Shown here: positions 29,031-37,881 of the stretch, one piece after another
Layout: each line of letters begins with the position of its first letter
Numbering within the stretch: the first letter of the stretch is position 1
From: Planctomycetota bacterium
GTDB taxonomy: Bacteria; Planctomycetota; UBA8108; SXIK01
Length of the DNA stretch: 64,000 nt
Direction: 5' to 3'
NCBI GenBank assembly: GCA_965223845.1
Contig: CBDCXR010000004.1
Location: 2,272,001-2,336,000 of the forward strand
Position numbers and translations under genes: made by a program
The notes under the pieces: model-generated
Told to the model about the DNA's origin: nothing
The model's database searches: none
Seen by the model: the letters and a program-made list of their open reading frames with translations, nothing else

Positions 29031-30083
29031 ATGCTCACCCTCGGAATCGAATCGACCTGCGACGAAACCGCGATCGCACTCGTCGAAGACGGCTACCGCG
29101 TCCTCGTCAGCGAGGTGATCTCCCAAATCCCACTTCACGAGCGCTTCGGCGGCGTTGTCCCGGAAGTCGCGAGTCGGGCGCACGCGCAAGTGATCACGCG
29201 GCTCCTCGCGCGTGCACTCGAGAGCGCCGGGATCGCCGACCGGCCGGCCGAGTCGATCGATCTCATCGCCGTTGCGCACCGACCGGGACTCATCGGCTCA
29301 CTCCTCGTCGGCCTCACCGCGGCGAAGTCGCTCGCCCTCGCATGGAACCGGCCGCTCGTCGGCGTCGACCACGTGCACGCGCACATCGGCTCGGTCATCC
29401 TCGAGACGCCGCCGCCTCCCACGCCTCCGCCGGAAGACGCCTACTTCCCCGCGGTGTCCCTCGTCGTCTCGGGTGGACACACCGCGCTCTATCGGAGCGA
29501 CAGCCTCGCCGAGCACCGCCTTCTCGGCGCGACGACCGACGATGCTGCCGGCGAGGCGTTCGATAAGGTCGCCGCACTTCTCGAGCTCGGCTACCCGGGA
29601 GGTCCGGCGATCTCGAAGGCCGCGGCGGAGGGGAACTGCCGCGCGATTCGTTTTCCCCGCACGCTCCTCGGGAGCGAGTCACTCGACTTCAGCTTTTCGG
29701 GGATCAAGACCTCGGTTCGCTATCACGTCAAGGGACAGGACGCCCGGCGCGATGCCCCGCTCCGTCCGACCGTAAACGTGAACGACGTCGCCGCGTCGTT
29801 CGAGCAAGCCGTCGTCGACGTTCTCGTCGAGAAGCTCCGGCGCGCGGTGAGGCGCGAGGCAGTCGACGCGGCGATCGTCGCGGGTGGAGTCGCCGCGAAC
29901 GGGCGCCTTCGCGAGGAGCTCGCGACATTCGCTCGACGCGAGGGGATCGCCGTTCACTACCCAGAACTTCGGTTCTGCACCGACAACGCCGCGATGATCG
30001 CGGCGCTCGGAGCGGCCCTCTACACCCGGGGAAAGAGCGACGACCTCTCTCTCGACGCCTCGCCCATGGTGACCCCGGGTTGA
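29031..30083 (+). CDS. tsaD: tRNA N6-adenosine threonylcarbamoyltransferase
   Basis: LGIESTCDET, GGVVPEVASRAH, HVHAH, SGGHT, DDAAGEAFDK, FSFSG, CTDNAAMI. Confidence 0.97.
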   Translation: MLTLGIESTCDETAIALVEDGYRVLVSEVISQIPLHERFGGVVPEVASRAHAQVITRLLARALESAGIADRPAESIDLIAVAHRPGLIGSLLVGLTAAKSLALAWNRPLVGVDHVHAHIGSVILETPPPPTPPPEDAYFPAVSLVVSGGHTALYRSDSLAEHRLLGATTDDAAGEAFDKVAALLELGYPGGPAISKAAAEGNCRAIRFPRTLLGSESLDFSFSGIKTSVRYHVKGQDARRDAPLRPTVNVNDVAASFEQAVVDVLVEKLRRAVRREAVDAAIVAGGVAANGRLREELATFARREGIAVHYPELRFCTDNAAMIAALGAALYTRGKSDDLSLDASPMVTPG

Positions 30084-30104
30084 GTCTTCGCCGTTCGATC
30101 GACC

Positions 30105-30659
30105 TCAGTGATCGTGCTTCTCGAGAACGTCGATCGGAATCGGCGCTTTCGTCTGAATGTCGCGGACGATCTTCATCGTCTCCGAGTCGGGGGCGAACCG
30201 CGCGACGAGAGATTCGGTCACGTCGGTCGTCTCGACTCCGCGCCGGCGGTAGACGAGGTCCCACTTCGAGACGATGAGGTCCACGCCGGCCCGGTCGGCG
30301 ATCGCCGGGATCTCCTTCTCGGTCTTCTTCAGGATCTCGCCGATGGGCCAGACGCCGAAGCTCTGCTTGTGCGTGAGTTCCTGCTGCTCGCGCCCCTGGG
30401 ACTCGAGCGCCGCCGCCCGCTCGGCATCTCCGCTCGACTTCGCATCCTCGTGCTGCTCGTGAAGCTCGCGCATCGCGCGCTTGAACTCTTCCGAACGGTA
30501 GTAGGCGATCGCCACCGCCCGGGAATCGAACGTCCCGACTCGCACCGCCCGTTCGTCGCGATCCTCGGCGCGAAGCTCGGGGGCGGTCACTGCGCACGCG
30601 AGCCCGAGCCCGCCCGCAATCGAGAGCGCCACAATCGCCAGGGCTTGAAGACTTCTCAT
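30105..30659 (-). CDS. Exported helical protein, distantly OmpH/Skp-like
   Basis: Signal peptide; RVGTFDSRAV beta strand, long helical region, then IADRAGVDLIV...DVTESLV, resembling the Skp layout. Confidence 0.65.
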   Translation of the reverse strand: MRSLQALAIVALSIAGGLGLACAVTAPELRAEDRDERAVRVGTFDSRAVAIAYYRSEEFKRAMRELHEQHEDAKSSGDAERAAALESQGREQQELTHKQSFGVWPIGEILKKTEKEIPAIADRAGVDLIVSKWDLVYRRRGVETTDVTESLVARFAPDSETMKIVRDIQTKAPIPIDVLEKHDH

Positions 30660-30758
30660 GATTCCACTCCGTCTTTCCGTCCGGTGTTCGCGTTCGCGTC
30701 CCGCCCGACCGCTCGGGCCCCGTGGCCGCGTCCGTCACGGACGACAGGAAACGAATTA

Positions 30759-30775
30759 AGCAAACGAGTGGCCAC
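30759..30775 (-). promoter_or_regulatory. sigma54 (-24/-12) promoter
   Basis: Minus strand GTGGC-CACTCGT-TTGCT, i.e. TGGC-N7-TTGC with correct GG/GC spacing, about 100 nt upstream of the ATG at 30659. Confidence 0.6.
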
Positions 30776-31004
30776 ACGCGACCTCGCGCCACAATCGGTT
30801 GTGCGAAAGACGCTTACGACCTCGAAGCGAGGATCGCCCATCGCTCCGCGACGTCCTTTGCACCCGAAACGGCACGAATTGTCGTCGCTCGGCGACGATC
30901 TCCGCTGGGAAGCCCGGGCGGCGGCGGATCGCCGATTGTTGCGGCCGCCGCGGGCACGTACGATCAGATCGATCATCGCCTCCGGGAGAGCCCCACGACG
31001 CACC

Positions 31005-31775
31005 ATGGATCCGAAACACCTCCGCGAACTTCTCGAACAGACGCGCTCCGGCGAGCTTCCCATCGAGGAGGCGCTCGAGCGACTCCGCACGCTTCCCTAC
31101 GAAGACCTCGAGCACACGAAGGTCGACCACCACCGCGCCCTCCGCTGCGGGTTTCCCGAGGTGATCTACTGCGCGGGGAAGGAGCCCGCCGACATCGCGG
31201 AGATCGCGGGAAGCATCCTCGCGCGAGCGGCGTTCCTCCTCGCGACGCGCGCAGACGAAGCCGCATTTGATGCGATTCGCTCGGCGTCCGAGGACGCGAT
31301 CTACCATCGCCGCGCGCGCTGCGTGACGGTCGGACGTCCGCGCGGCGAGCCGGTCGGGCGGGCGCTCATCGCCTGCGCAGGAACCGCCGATCTCCCGGTC
31401 GCCGAGGAGGCACGCGTCACCGCCGAGATGGGAGGGACGAACGTCGAGACGCTCTACGACGCCGGAGTGGCCGGGATCCACCGCCTCCTCGCCGGCTCGA
31501 GGAAGATTCAGGAGTCGGACGTAATCGTCGTCGTCGCCGGTATGGAAGGAGCGCTCGCGAGCGTCGTCGGCGGGCTCGCCGACGCTCCGGTGGTTGCCGT
31601 CCCGACAAGCGTGGGCTACGGCGCGAGCTTCGGGGGGATCGCTCCTCTCCTCACGATGCTGAACAGCTGCGCCGCCGGTGTCTCCGTCGTCAACATCGAC
31701 AACGGATTCGGCGCCGGGTACCTCGCCGCGAAGATCGCCACTCGATCGCACGGAAGGTCGAACGCCTCCAGCTGA
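31005..31775 (+). CDS. larB: Nickel-pincer cofactor biosynthesis carboxylase/hydrolase LarB
   Basis: DHHRALRCGFPEVIY, AGTADLPVAEEA, GVAGIHRL, AGMEGAL, PTSVGYGA, MLNSCAAG, VNIDNGFGA. Confidence 0.93.
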   Translation: MDPKHLRELLEQTRSGELPIEEALERLRTLPYEDLEHTKVDHHRALRCGFPEVIYCAGKEPADIAEIAGSILARAAFLLATRADEAAFDAIRSASEDAIYHRRARCVTVGRPRGEPVGRALIACAGTADLPVAEEARVTAEMGGTNVETLYDAGVAGIHRLLAGSRKIQESDVIVVVAGMEGALASVVGGLADAPVVAVPTSVGYGASFGGIAPLLTMLNSCAAGVSVVNIDNGFGAGYLAAKIATRSHGRSNASS

Positions 31776-32018
31776 AGAACCTCTTCGCGCTCGAAGGGCC
31801 GAGAATCCAGTCTCGCTGCGCTCGTTCCGTCTCGATCCGATTTCGACCGCGCTCCCGTCCCCGCGGCGATAAGGTAAAGTTCGTCGGCGACGATCTTCGA
31901 TGAGTACGAAGGCCGCCCGTCGACGAATCGCTCCCGAACGCGCACCGGGGCCGCATGGTTTCGGACCTGTGCGGCGGGCGGTGCGAACCACCAAGCCTCT
32001 CCTACGAATCCGAGCCCG

Positions 32019-32936
32019 ATGAACGAGATCTCGTCGATCCCCCGTCTCCCGCCGCGCGCCGCCGATTCGCACAAGGGCGACTACGGTCGACTGCTGCTCG
32101 TCGCGGGAAGCCGCGGGATGACTGGCGCCGCGGTTCTCGCGGCGCGGGCGAGCCTGCGGAGCGGAGTGGGTCTCGCGACGACCGCCATTCCGGGCGCGCA
32201 AAGCCCCGCGCTCACGGCCGCAGTCCCCGAGACAACGCAGCTCCTCCTCGCCGACGAGGAGACGGATGACGGCGCGGCGCAGCTCGCGCTCTCGATCGCC
32301 GACGACGCGCGGCCGTTCTCTGCCGCGGCGATCGGACCGGGCCTCGGACGATCGGAACGAGCGCGGGCGACCGTCGAATGGGTTCTTTCCGACTTCGATC
32401 GACCGCACGTCGTCGATGCAGACGCGCTCAACATCGTCGCCGAGCACACCGAGCTCGCGAGCTTCCAGCGCGACGATCGTGTTTGGACTCCGCATCCGGG
32501 CGAATTCCAGCGTCTCAGCGGAGACCTTCCGCGCGGCGACGAGGCTCGACTCCGCGCGGCGGAGGCATTCGTCGCGAAGCGCGGCGGGGTGCTCGTTCTC
32601 AAGGGGCATCGCACGGTCGTCACCGACGGCGAACGCTTTCACCTCGTGACGACCGGCAATCCCGGGATGGCGACGGGCGGAACGGGAGACGTCCTCACCG
32701 GCATCGTCGGCGCCCTCCTCGCTCAAGGTCTCGACGCGTTCGACGCGGCAGTCCTCGCCGCGCATGTGCACGGGCTCGCGGGTGACCTCGCGCGCGACCG
32801 CTTCGGCGACACTTCGCTCGTCGCCGGAGACATCGTCGACGCTTTGCCGGCCGCGTTTCTGCAGCTCCCTTCCGGCGGAGAGGCGACTTCGCCGGCCGAG
32901 GCGGCCCGCGCGACCGACAAGGCGGGCGCGGAATGA
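32019..32936 (+). CDS. nnrD: ADP-dependent NAD(P)H-hydrate dehydratase
   Basis: HKGDYG, GPGLG, VVDADAL, TPHPGEF, LKG, GGTGDVLTG. Confidence 0.93.
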   Translation: MNEISSIPRLPPRAADSHKGDYGRLLLVAGSRGMTGAAVLAARASLRSGVGLATTAIPGAQSPALTAAVPETTQLLLADEETDDGAAQLALSIADDARPFSAAAIGPGLGRSERARATVEWVLSDFDRPHVVDADALNIVAEHTELASFQRDDRVWTPHPGEFQRLSGDLPRGDEARLRAAEAFVAKRGGVLVLKGHRTVVTDGERFHLVTTGNPGMATGGTGDVLTGIVGALLAQGLDAFDAAVLAAHVHGLAGDLARDRFGDTSLVAGDIVDALPAAFLQLPSGGEATSPAEAARATDKAGAE

Positions 32937-33907
32937 CCGTCCGCCTGGCGCACTTTACCGACGTCCACTTCACGACGGAGCCGCGCGAAGTTCGTTGGCG
33001 CGATTTTCTCTCCCGGCGACCGCCGTTCTTCTCGAAGCGCGCACTCGGGTGGGGAACGCTAAAGTTTCGCGGTCGGTGCGAGCATTTCAGCAGCGCCGAA
33101 ACGATCGTCGCCGCCCTCCTCCGCGATCTCGAGTCGATCGAATTCGACGCGGCCGTCTTCACGGGCGACTACACGGGGATGTCGTACCCACACGAGTTCG
33201 AGCGCGCGCGTCGGGCGTTCGCTCCGCTCTTTGCGTCGGACGTCGACGTTACATCGATTCCCGGAAACCACGACGTGTACGTCCCGTCCGTCGTCGAGTA
33301 CTCGCTCTACGAGAAGTGGTTCGGCGAGTGGACGAAGACGGATCTCGCCTCGAGCGACTTTCCGGAGCCGTTTCAGAAGTCGTATCCGTACCCGCTCGTT
33401 CGCCTCCTCGACCCCGACGTCGCGCTCATTCTTCTTCGGGACGTTTGCCCGCGGCACGTCGACTCGTCGGGCGAGCTCCCGGAGAACCAGATCCGGGCGC
33501 TCGACTGGCTGCTGGGATCGGACGTTCTCGGCGGCCGGACGGCGATCGTCGCGCTCCACTACGGCCTCGCGCGAAGCGACGGATCGCCCGACACGAAGTT
33601 CCACGGTCTCGCCCAGGCGCCGGCGGTGCTCTCGCTCTGTCGGTCGCACGGCGTCGCGCTCGTCATTCACGGCCACCTGCACGACCGGTTCGTCCATCCG
33701 GCCGGGACGGTCGGCGCGAGTGCGATCGCGAATCCCGGCTCGCTCACTCACACGAAGTACGCGCAGAGCTACCACGTCTACGAGATCTCCGCCGGCGAGG
33801 TGTCGCTCGAGGCGCGCCGATACAACCGAGACTCAGGCGAATTCGAATGCTGGGCGGACGCGCCGACCGCGGGAACGATCTGGTCGCGCGAGACGGCGAC
33901 CGGCTGA
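32933..33907 (+). CDS. Calcineurin-like metallophosphoesterase
   Basis: TDVH, TGD, PGNHD, ALH and HGHLH motifs; ATGA overlap with nnrD. Confidence 0.88.
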   Translation: MTVRLAHFTDVHFTTEPREVRWRDFLSRRPPFFSKRALGWGTLKFRGRCEHFSSAETIVAALLRDLESIEFDAAVFTGDYTGMSYPHEFERARRAFAPLFASDVDVTSIPGNHDVYVPSVVEYSLYEKWFGEWTKTDLASSDFPEPFQKSYPYPLVRLLDPDVALILLRDVCPRHVDSSGELPENQIRALDWLLGSDVLGGRTAIVALHYGLARSDGSPDTKFHGLAQAPAVLSLCRSHGVALVIHGHLHDRFVHPAGTVGASAIANPGSLTHTKYAQSYHVYEISAGEVSLEARRYNRDSGEFECWADAPTAGTIWSRETATG

Positions 33908-33993
33908 ATCACCCGCGAACTCGGGTTCGTCGAGTGGAACGGAGAGCGGCGGCTCGGCTATCATCCACCGAGCTCGGAGACCGGAGGCCCGCC

Positions 33994-35961
33994 GTGACGA
34001 ACTCGACTCTGCACTCAGTACCCCCTCGCTCTCGCGCGACGCTCGCGCGTTCGTTTGGCATCGCGATCTCGCTTGCGAGCGCGTTCGCCTCCGTTCGTTC
34101 GCTGAGCGCGGGCGACACGAACGACGCTGCCCGCGGCGCCGATTCCGAGCTCGACGCTTCAGATCGCTGGATCGAGATCATGGCGGCGCACGCCTACAGC
34201 GACGTCGAGATGCGAACGACGCTCGGAATCTCAGCGGAGGAGCTCGCGGAGCGGCGCGATCGGCTCGGTCTCCCGCGCGAAGGAACGACGTCGGTCGCCC
34301 GTCGTTCGCCGGACGGGCGGCTGCGCATTCTTCCCTACCCGGGCGGACGGCACCCGCGGATCGGATTCCTCGAGGGCGCGATCGATCCCTGGCGCGAAAC
34401 GAAGCTGAGCGTACTTCTCCCGTGGGAAGACGCCGGCTACGTGGTCGTCGATCTTCCCGAGGCGCTTTGGCGGGAACGCGAGCTCTACTTCCTCGCGCAC
34501 ACGCACATCCCGACCGTCTGGGATCGGCGCGGGGTGACACTCGGCCGCGACGACTGGGAGGAGCTTCCCGACGGAGGGCTCCGGAACCGGTTTCATCTTC
34601 CCGACGGCGCGCTCATCACCGCGGAGGCACGTCCGACGAGCGACGCGGTCGACCTCCAGCTGCGCCTCAAGAATCAAACCGGACGGCGTCTCACCGGACT
34701 TCGAACGCAGGTCTGCGTCCTTCTTCGCGGTGCCGAGGGGTTTAGCGCGCAAACGAACGACAACAAAGTCCTGGAATCCGTCGAAGGGATCTCCGCACGT
34801 CCTGCCGGCGCGGCGGTGAAATCGGCGGACGGCGATCGAACGATCGCGACGCTCTGGACTCGCGCGCGTCCGTGGGCGAACCCGCCTTGCCCGTGCGTCC
34901 ACTCCGATCCGGTGTTCCCGGACCTCGATCAGGGTGAGGAGGCAACGGTCTACGGGAGAATCTTCTTTCACGAAGGGAGCGGCCTCGAAGCGGCGATGGA
35001 GCGCCACCGCCGCGAGCTCGCAGCACGCGCGACGACGGCGAAGCCGATCGCGCCGCGGCTCGTCTCCGTCGATCGCATCTGGGACCGCGCGGCCCACTCC
35101 GCGTTCACCGATCTCATTCGCCACAACGACGAGTGGTACTGCGTCTTTCGAGAAGGCGGCGGGCACGTCTCGGTCGAGGGTGCGATTCGCGTGCTCGCGT
35201 CTCGCGATGGTCGCCACTGGGAATCCCGATCCGTCCTCCGCTCGACGACGGCCGACCTGCGCGATCCAAAGATCTGCGTGCAGCCCGACGGACGGTTTCT
35301 CCTGACCGCCGCCGCGGCGCTCACGCAGCCGAGCCCGATCCGCCACCAGACGCTCGCGTGGCATTCGGCCGATGCGAAGAGCTGGACCGAGCCGGCGCCG
35401 ATCGGCGATCCGAACTTCTGGGTTTGGCGCGTCGACTGGGTCCGGGAGGATCTCGCTCTCGGGATCGGCTACGGGACGACGGAGAAGCGCGGCCTCCGGC
35501 TCTACTCGAGCCGAGACGGAGACGGTTTCGCGACCCGCGCCGAAACGCTGCTCGAGGCCGGCTACGTGAACGAAACGAGCCTCGCCCCACAGCCCGACGG
35601 ATCGGTCCTCTGCGTGGCGCGGCGCGATCCCGCGAGCGCGATGCTCGGTAGCGGCGTCGAGCCGTTCGACGGCGCGAGTTGGACGTGGCGGGACCTCGGC
35701 GTGCGGCTCGGCGGTCCGAAGATCCTCCGGCTTCCGGACGGTCGCCACGTCGTCGCCGGTCGCCGGTACGACGGACGGGTGCGAACGTCGCTCGCCTGGC
35801 TCGAACCCGAATCCGCCCGGATCGAGGAGTTCTTGTCGCTCCCCTCGGGTGGCGATACGAGCTACCCGGGCCTCGTCTACGAAGCGGGCCTCCTCTGGGT
35901 GAGTTACTACTCCTCGCACGAGGGGAAGACTTCGATCTACCTCGCGCGAGTGGATCTCTGA
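33994..35961 (+). CDS. Exported two-domain protein: uncharacterised N-terminal domain + sialidase-like (BNR/Asp-box) beta-propeller
   Basis: GTG 33994 after GGAGG; signal-like segment; HSAFTDL, DLRDP, Asp-boxes SRDGRHW, SADAKSW, SRDGDGF; GDTSYPG, YYSSHEG. Confidence 0.75.
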   Translation: MTNSTLHSVPPRSRATLARSFGIAISLASAFASVRSLSAGDTNDAARGADSELDASDRWIEIMAAHAYSDVEMRTTLGISAEELAERRDRLGLPREGTTSVARRSPDGRLRILPYPGGRHPRIGFLEGAIDPWRETKLSVLLPWEDAGYVVVDLPEALWRERELYFLAHTHIPTVWDRRGVTLGRDDWEELPDGGLRNRFHLPDGALITAEARPTSDAVDLQLRLKNQTGRRLTGLRTQVCVLLRGAEGFSAQTNDNKVLESVEGISARPAGAAVKSADGDRTIATLWTRARPWANPPCPCVHSDPVFPDLDQGEEATVYGRIFFHEGSGLEAAMERHRRELAARATTAKPIAPRLVSVDRIWDRAAHSAFTDLIRHNDEWYCVFREGGGHVSVEGAIRVLASRDGRHWESRSVLRSTTADLRDPKICVQPDGRFLLTAAAALTQPSPIRHQTLAWHSADAKSWTEPAPIGDPNFWVWRVDWVREDLALGIGYGTTEKRGLRLYSSRDGDGFATRAETLLEAGYVNETSLAPQPDGSVLCVARRDPASAMLGSGVEPFDGASWTWRDLGVRLGGPKILRLPDGRHVVAGRRYDGRVRTSLAWLEPESARIEEFLSLPSGGDTSYPGLVYEAGLLWVSYYSSHEGKTSIYLARVDL

Positions 35962-36218
35962 TCGCGGGCTCCGAGTCCCCGGAACGCCGCGATCCGGCCG
36001 TCGAAAAACGGTTGCAATCCGGGGCTCAATGGTGACTTATTAGGGGCTTCGTCCAGCCCCGACCGCATCGCAGGGACGGCACTTCGCGAGATCCGAAGTC
36101 GCGGGCGGACGACGAGATCACCCACGAGTGCGCTCCGAGCGGCGACTCCCGCGACGAGGTCGCTCCGCGCCGGGCCGCACGATCCCGGGCGTGTCGAGTC
36201 AGCAGAGGAAAGGACAGA

Positions 36219-36830
36219 ATGGGACACTACATCGGCCCCAAAGCGCGGATCAATCGACGTCTCGGGGAAAAGGTATACGACTCGAACGGCGCGCTCCGCG
36301 CCTCGTCGCGTCGGTTCGCTCCGCCAGGACCGCCGTCCCAGCGCCGTCGTCGTGTGACCGACTACGGTCGCGCGCTGATGGAGAAGCAGAAGATCCGTCA
36401 CTATTACGGACTCAGCCAAAAGCAACTCGACCGCTTCTTCGGCATCGCAAAGCGCATCAAGGGTAACACCGGGGAAAACCTCCTCCTCCTCTGCGAGCGC
36501 CGTCTCGACAACGTGGTGTGGAAAGCCGGTCTCGCGCGGACGCGATCGCAGGCCCGCCAGACGGTGAGCCACGGGCATCTTCTCGTCAATGGACGGCGGA
36601 CGGACGTTCCGTCGTACCTCGTGCGGCCCGACGACGTCGTCGAGGTGAGAGGGAAGGCGAATCTCCAGAAGATGTACAACGGGATCGTCGAAGAGGTCGA
36701 TCGACCGCTGCCAGGGTTCCTCGCCGTCGAAGAGAAGTCGCTCAAGATCAAGATTCTCCGGAATCCGGACACGGACGATGTTGGCCTTCCGGTCAACATC
36801 AACCAGGTCATCGAGTTCATGAGCCGTTGA
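36219..36830 (+). CDS. rpsD: 30S ribosomal protein S4
   Basis: GPKARINRRLG, YGRALMEKQK, ERRLDNVV, ARQTVSHGH, PSY; AAGGA RBS. Confidence 0.97.
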   Translation: MGHYIGPKARINRRLGEKVYDSNGALRASSRRFAPPGPPSQRRRRVTDYGRALMEKQKIRHYYGLSQKQLDRFFGIAKRIKGNTGENLLLLCERRLDNVVWKAGLARTRSQARQTVSHGHLLVNGRRTDVPSYLVRPDDVVEVRGKANLQKMYNGIVEEVDRPLPGFLAVEEKSLKIKILRNPDTDDVGLPVNINQVIEFMSR

Positions 36831-36968
36831 GCAGCGCTCGAGAAATCCGCATCGGCGAGTCGTGCCGGTTCGGATTCCTTGAACGCGCTCTCCGTCCGGG
36901 CGAGTGACGCCGAATCCGCGCCGGCTCGAGTGGGCGAGCTCTCGTTCGGCTCGAACCGGGATCGCGCT

Positions 36969-37841
36969 GTGAGCTCGACGAACGATCCCGCCGAGGGTAA
37001 CGACGCTCGCTCCGGCGAACCGGAGGGAGCTCTCGTCGAGGCGGCGTGGGACGCAGTCGCGCCGCGCTACGCCGAGTACTGGGTACCTCGGTTTCGGCCG
37101 TTCGCGTTCGACGCTCTCGCGGATTTTCGCCCCCTCCCCCGCGGGCCGATCTGCGTGCCCGCGTGCGGACCCGGGGCCGAGGTGATCGAGATCGCGGCGC
37201 GGCATCCCGGCCGGGAGATCCTCGCGAGCGACCTCGCGCCGGCGATGGTCGAGATCGCGCGCAGAAGGGTGGCGGAGAGTGGGCTCGCTGATCGCGTCAG
37301 CGTGAAGCGGGGCGACGCGGAGGAGCTCTCCTCGGAAGTGCGCGGCGCCGCGGGCGTCTTCTCCGCGTTCGCGCTCCAGCTTCTCCCGAGTCCGTCGACA
37401 ACTCTCCTCGATTGGCTCGACGCCGTGGCGGCCGGTGGCACGGTGACGGCAGTGTTTTGGCCTCACTCGGAGCAGAAGGAGACCTTTGGCTGTCTCCGGT
37501 CGATCCTCGAGCGCGCGGGCGCGCCCGCGCGGCCGGCCTGGGAAGAGAACGCCCTTCGCGCTCTGGACGAACAAGGAGTCGCCCTCCTCCGCGATCGCTA
37601 CATCGCGGGCGAGATCGCGCACGCGAGCGCAGTGGAGCTCTGGGATCGGCTCGTCGATTCCGGCCCGCTACAGGCGACGCTGCTCCGTTCCGGCGCAGGG
37701 GTGATCGCTCGGGCACGCAGGGAGTTTCTCCGCGAGTCGGTTCTCCGCCGAAAGGGTGACGAATGGGTTTACGATGGAACCGCGCGGGTCTGGACCTTGC
37801 AGCGCTGCGCGTCGCCAGCACGCGCGGAGGAGCGCGGGTGA
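36969..37841 (+). CDS. Class I SAM-dependent methyltransferase (start uncertain)
   Basis: WDAVAPRY, motif I variant VPACGPG, SDLAPAMV, RGDAEE. Confidence 0.75.
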   Translation: MSSTNDPAEGNDARSGEPEGALVEAAWDAVAPRYAEYWVPRFRPFAFDALADFRPLPRGPICVPACGPGAEVIEIAARHPGREILASDLAPAMVEIARRRVAESGLADRVSVKRGDAEELSSEVRGAAGVFSAFALQLLPSPSTTLLDWLDAVAAGGTVTAVFWPHSEQKETFGCLRSILERAGAPARPAWEENALRALDEQGVALLRDRYIAGEIAHASAVELWDRLVDSGPLQATLLRSGAGVIARARREFLRESVLRRKGDEWVYDGTARVWTLQRCASPARAEERG

Positions 37842-37881
37842 AACACTTGGGCTGCGCGAGCGTGTCGCTTAAGTTCTCGGT

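Noticed and set aside
30108-31004. Apparent 300-aa N-terminal extension of LarB (555-aa ORF)
   Set aside because: It is the antisense of the 30105-30659 gene plus intergenic DNA; LarB similarity begins at ATG 31005
32764-33993. Apparent 1065-aa protein
   Set aside because: The first 410 codons overlap nnrD and the metallophosphoesterase in another frame; a GGAGG-preceded GTG at 33994 is the plausible start
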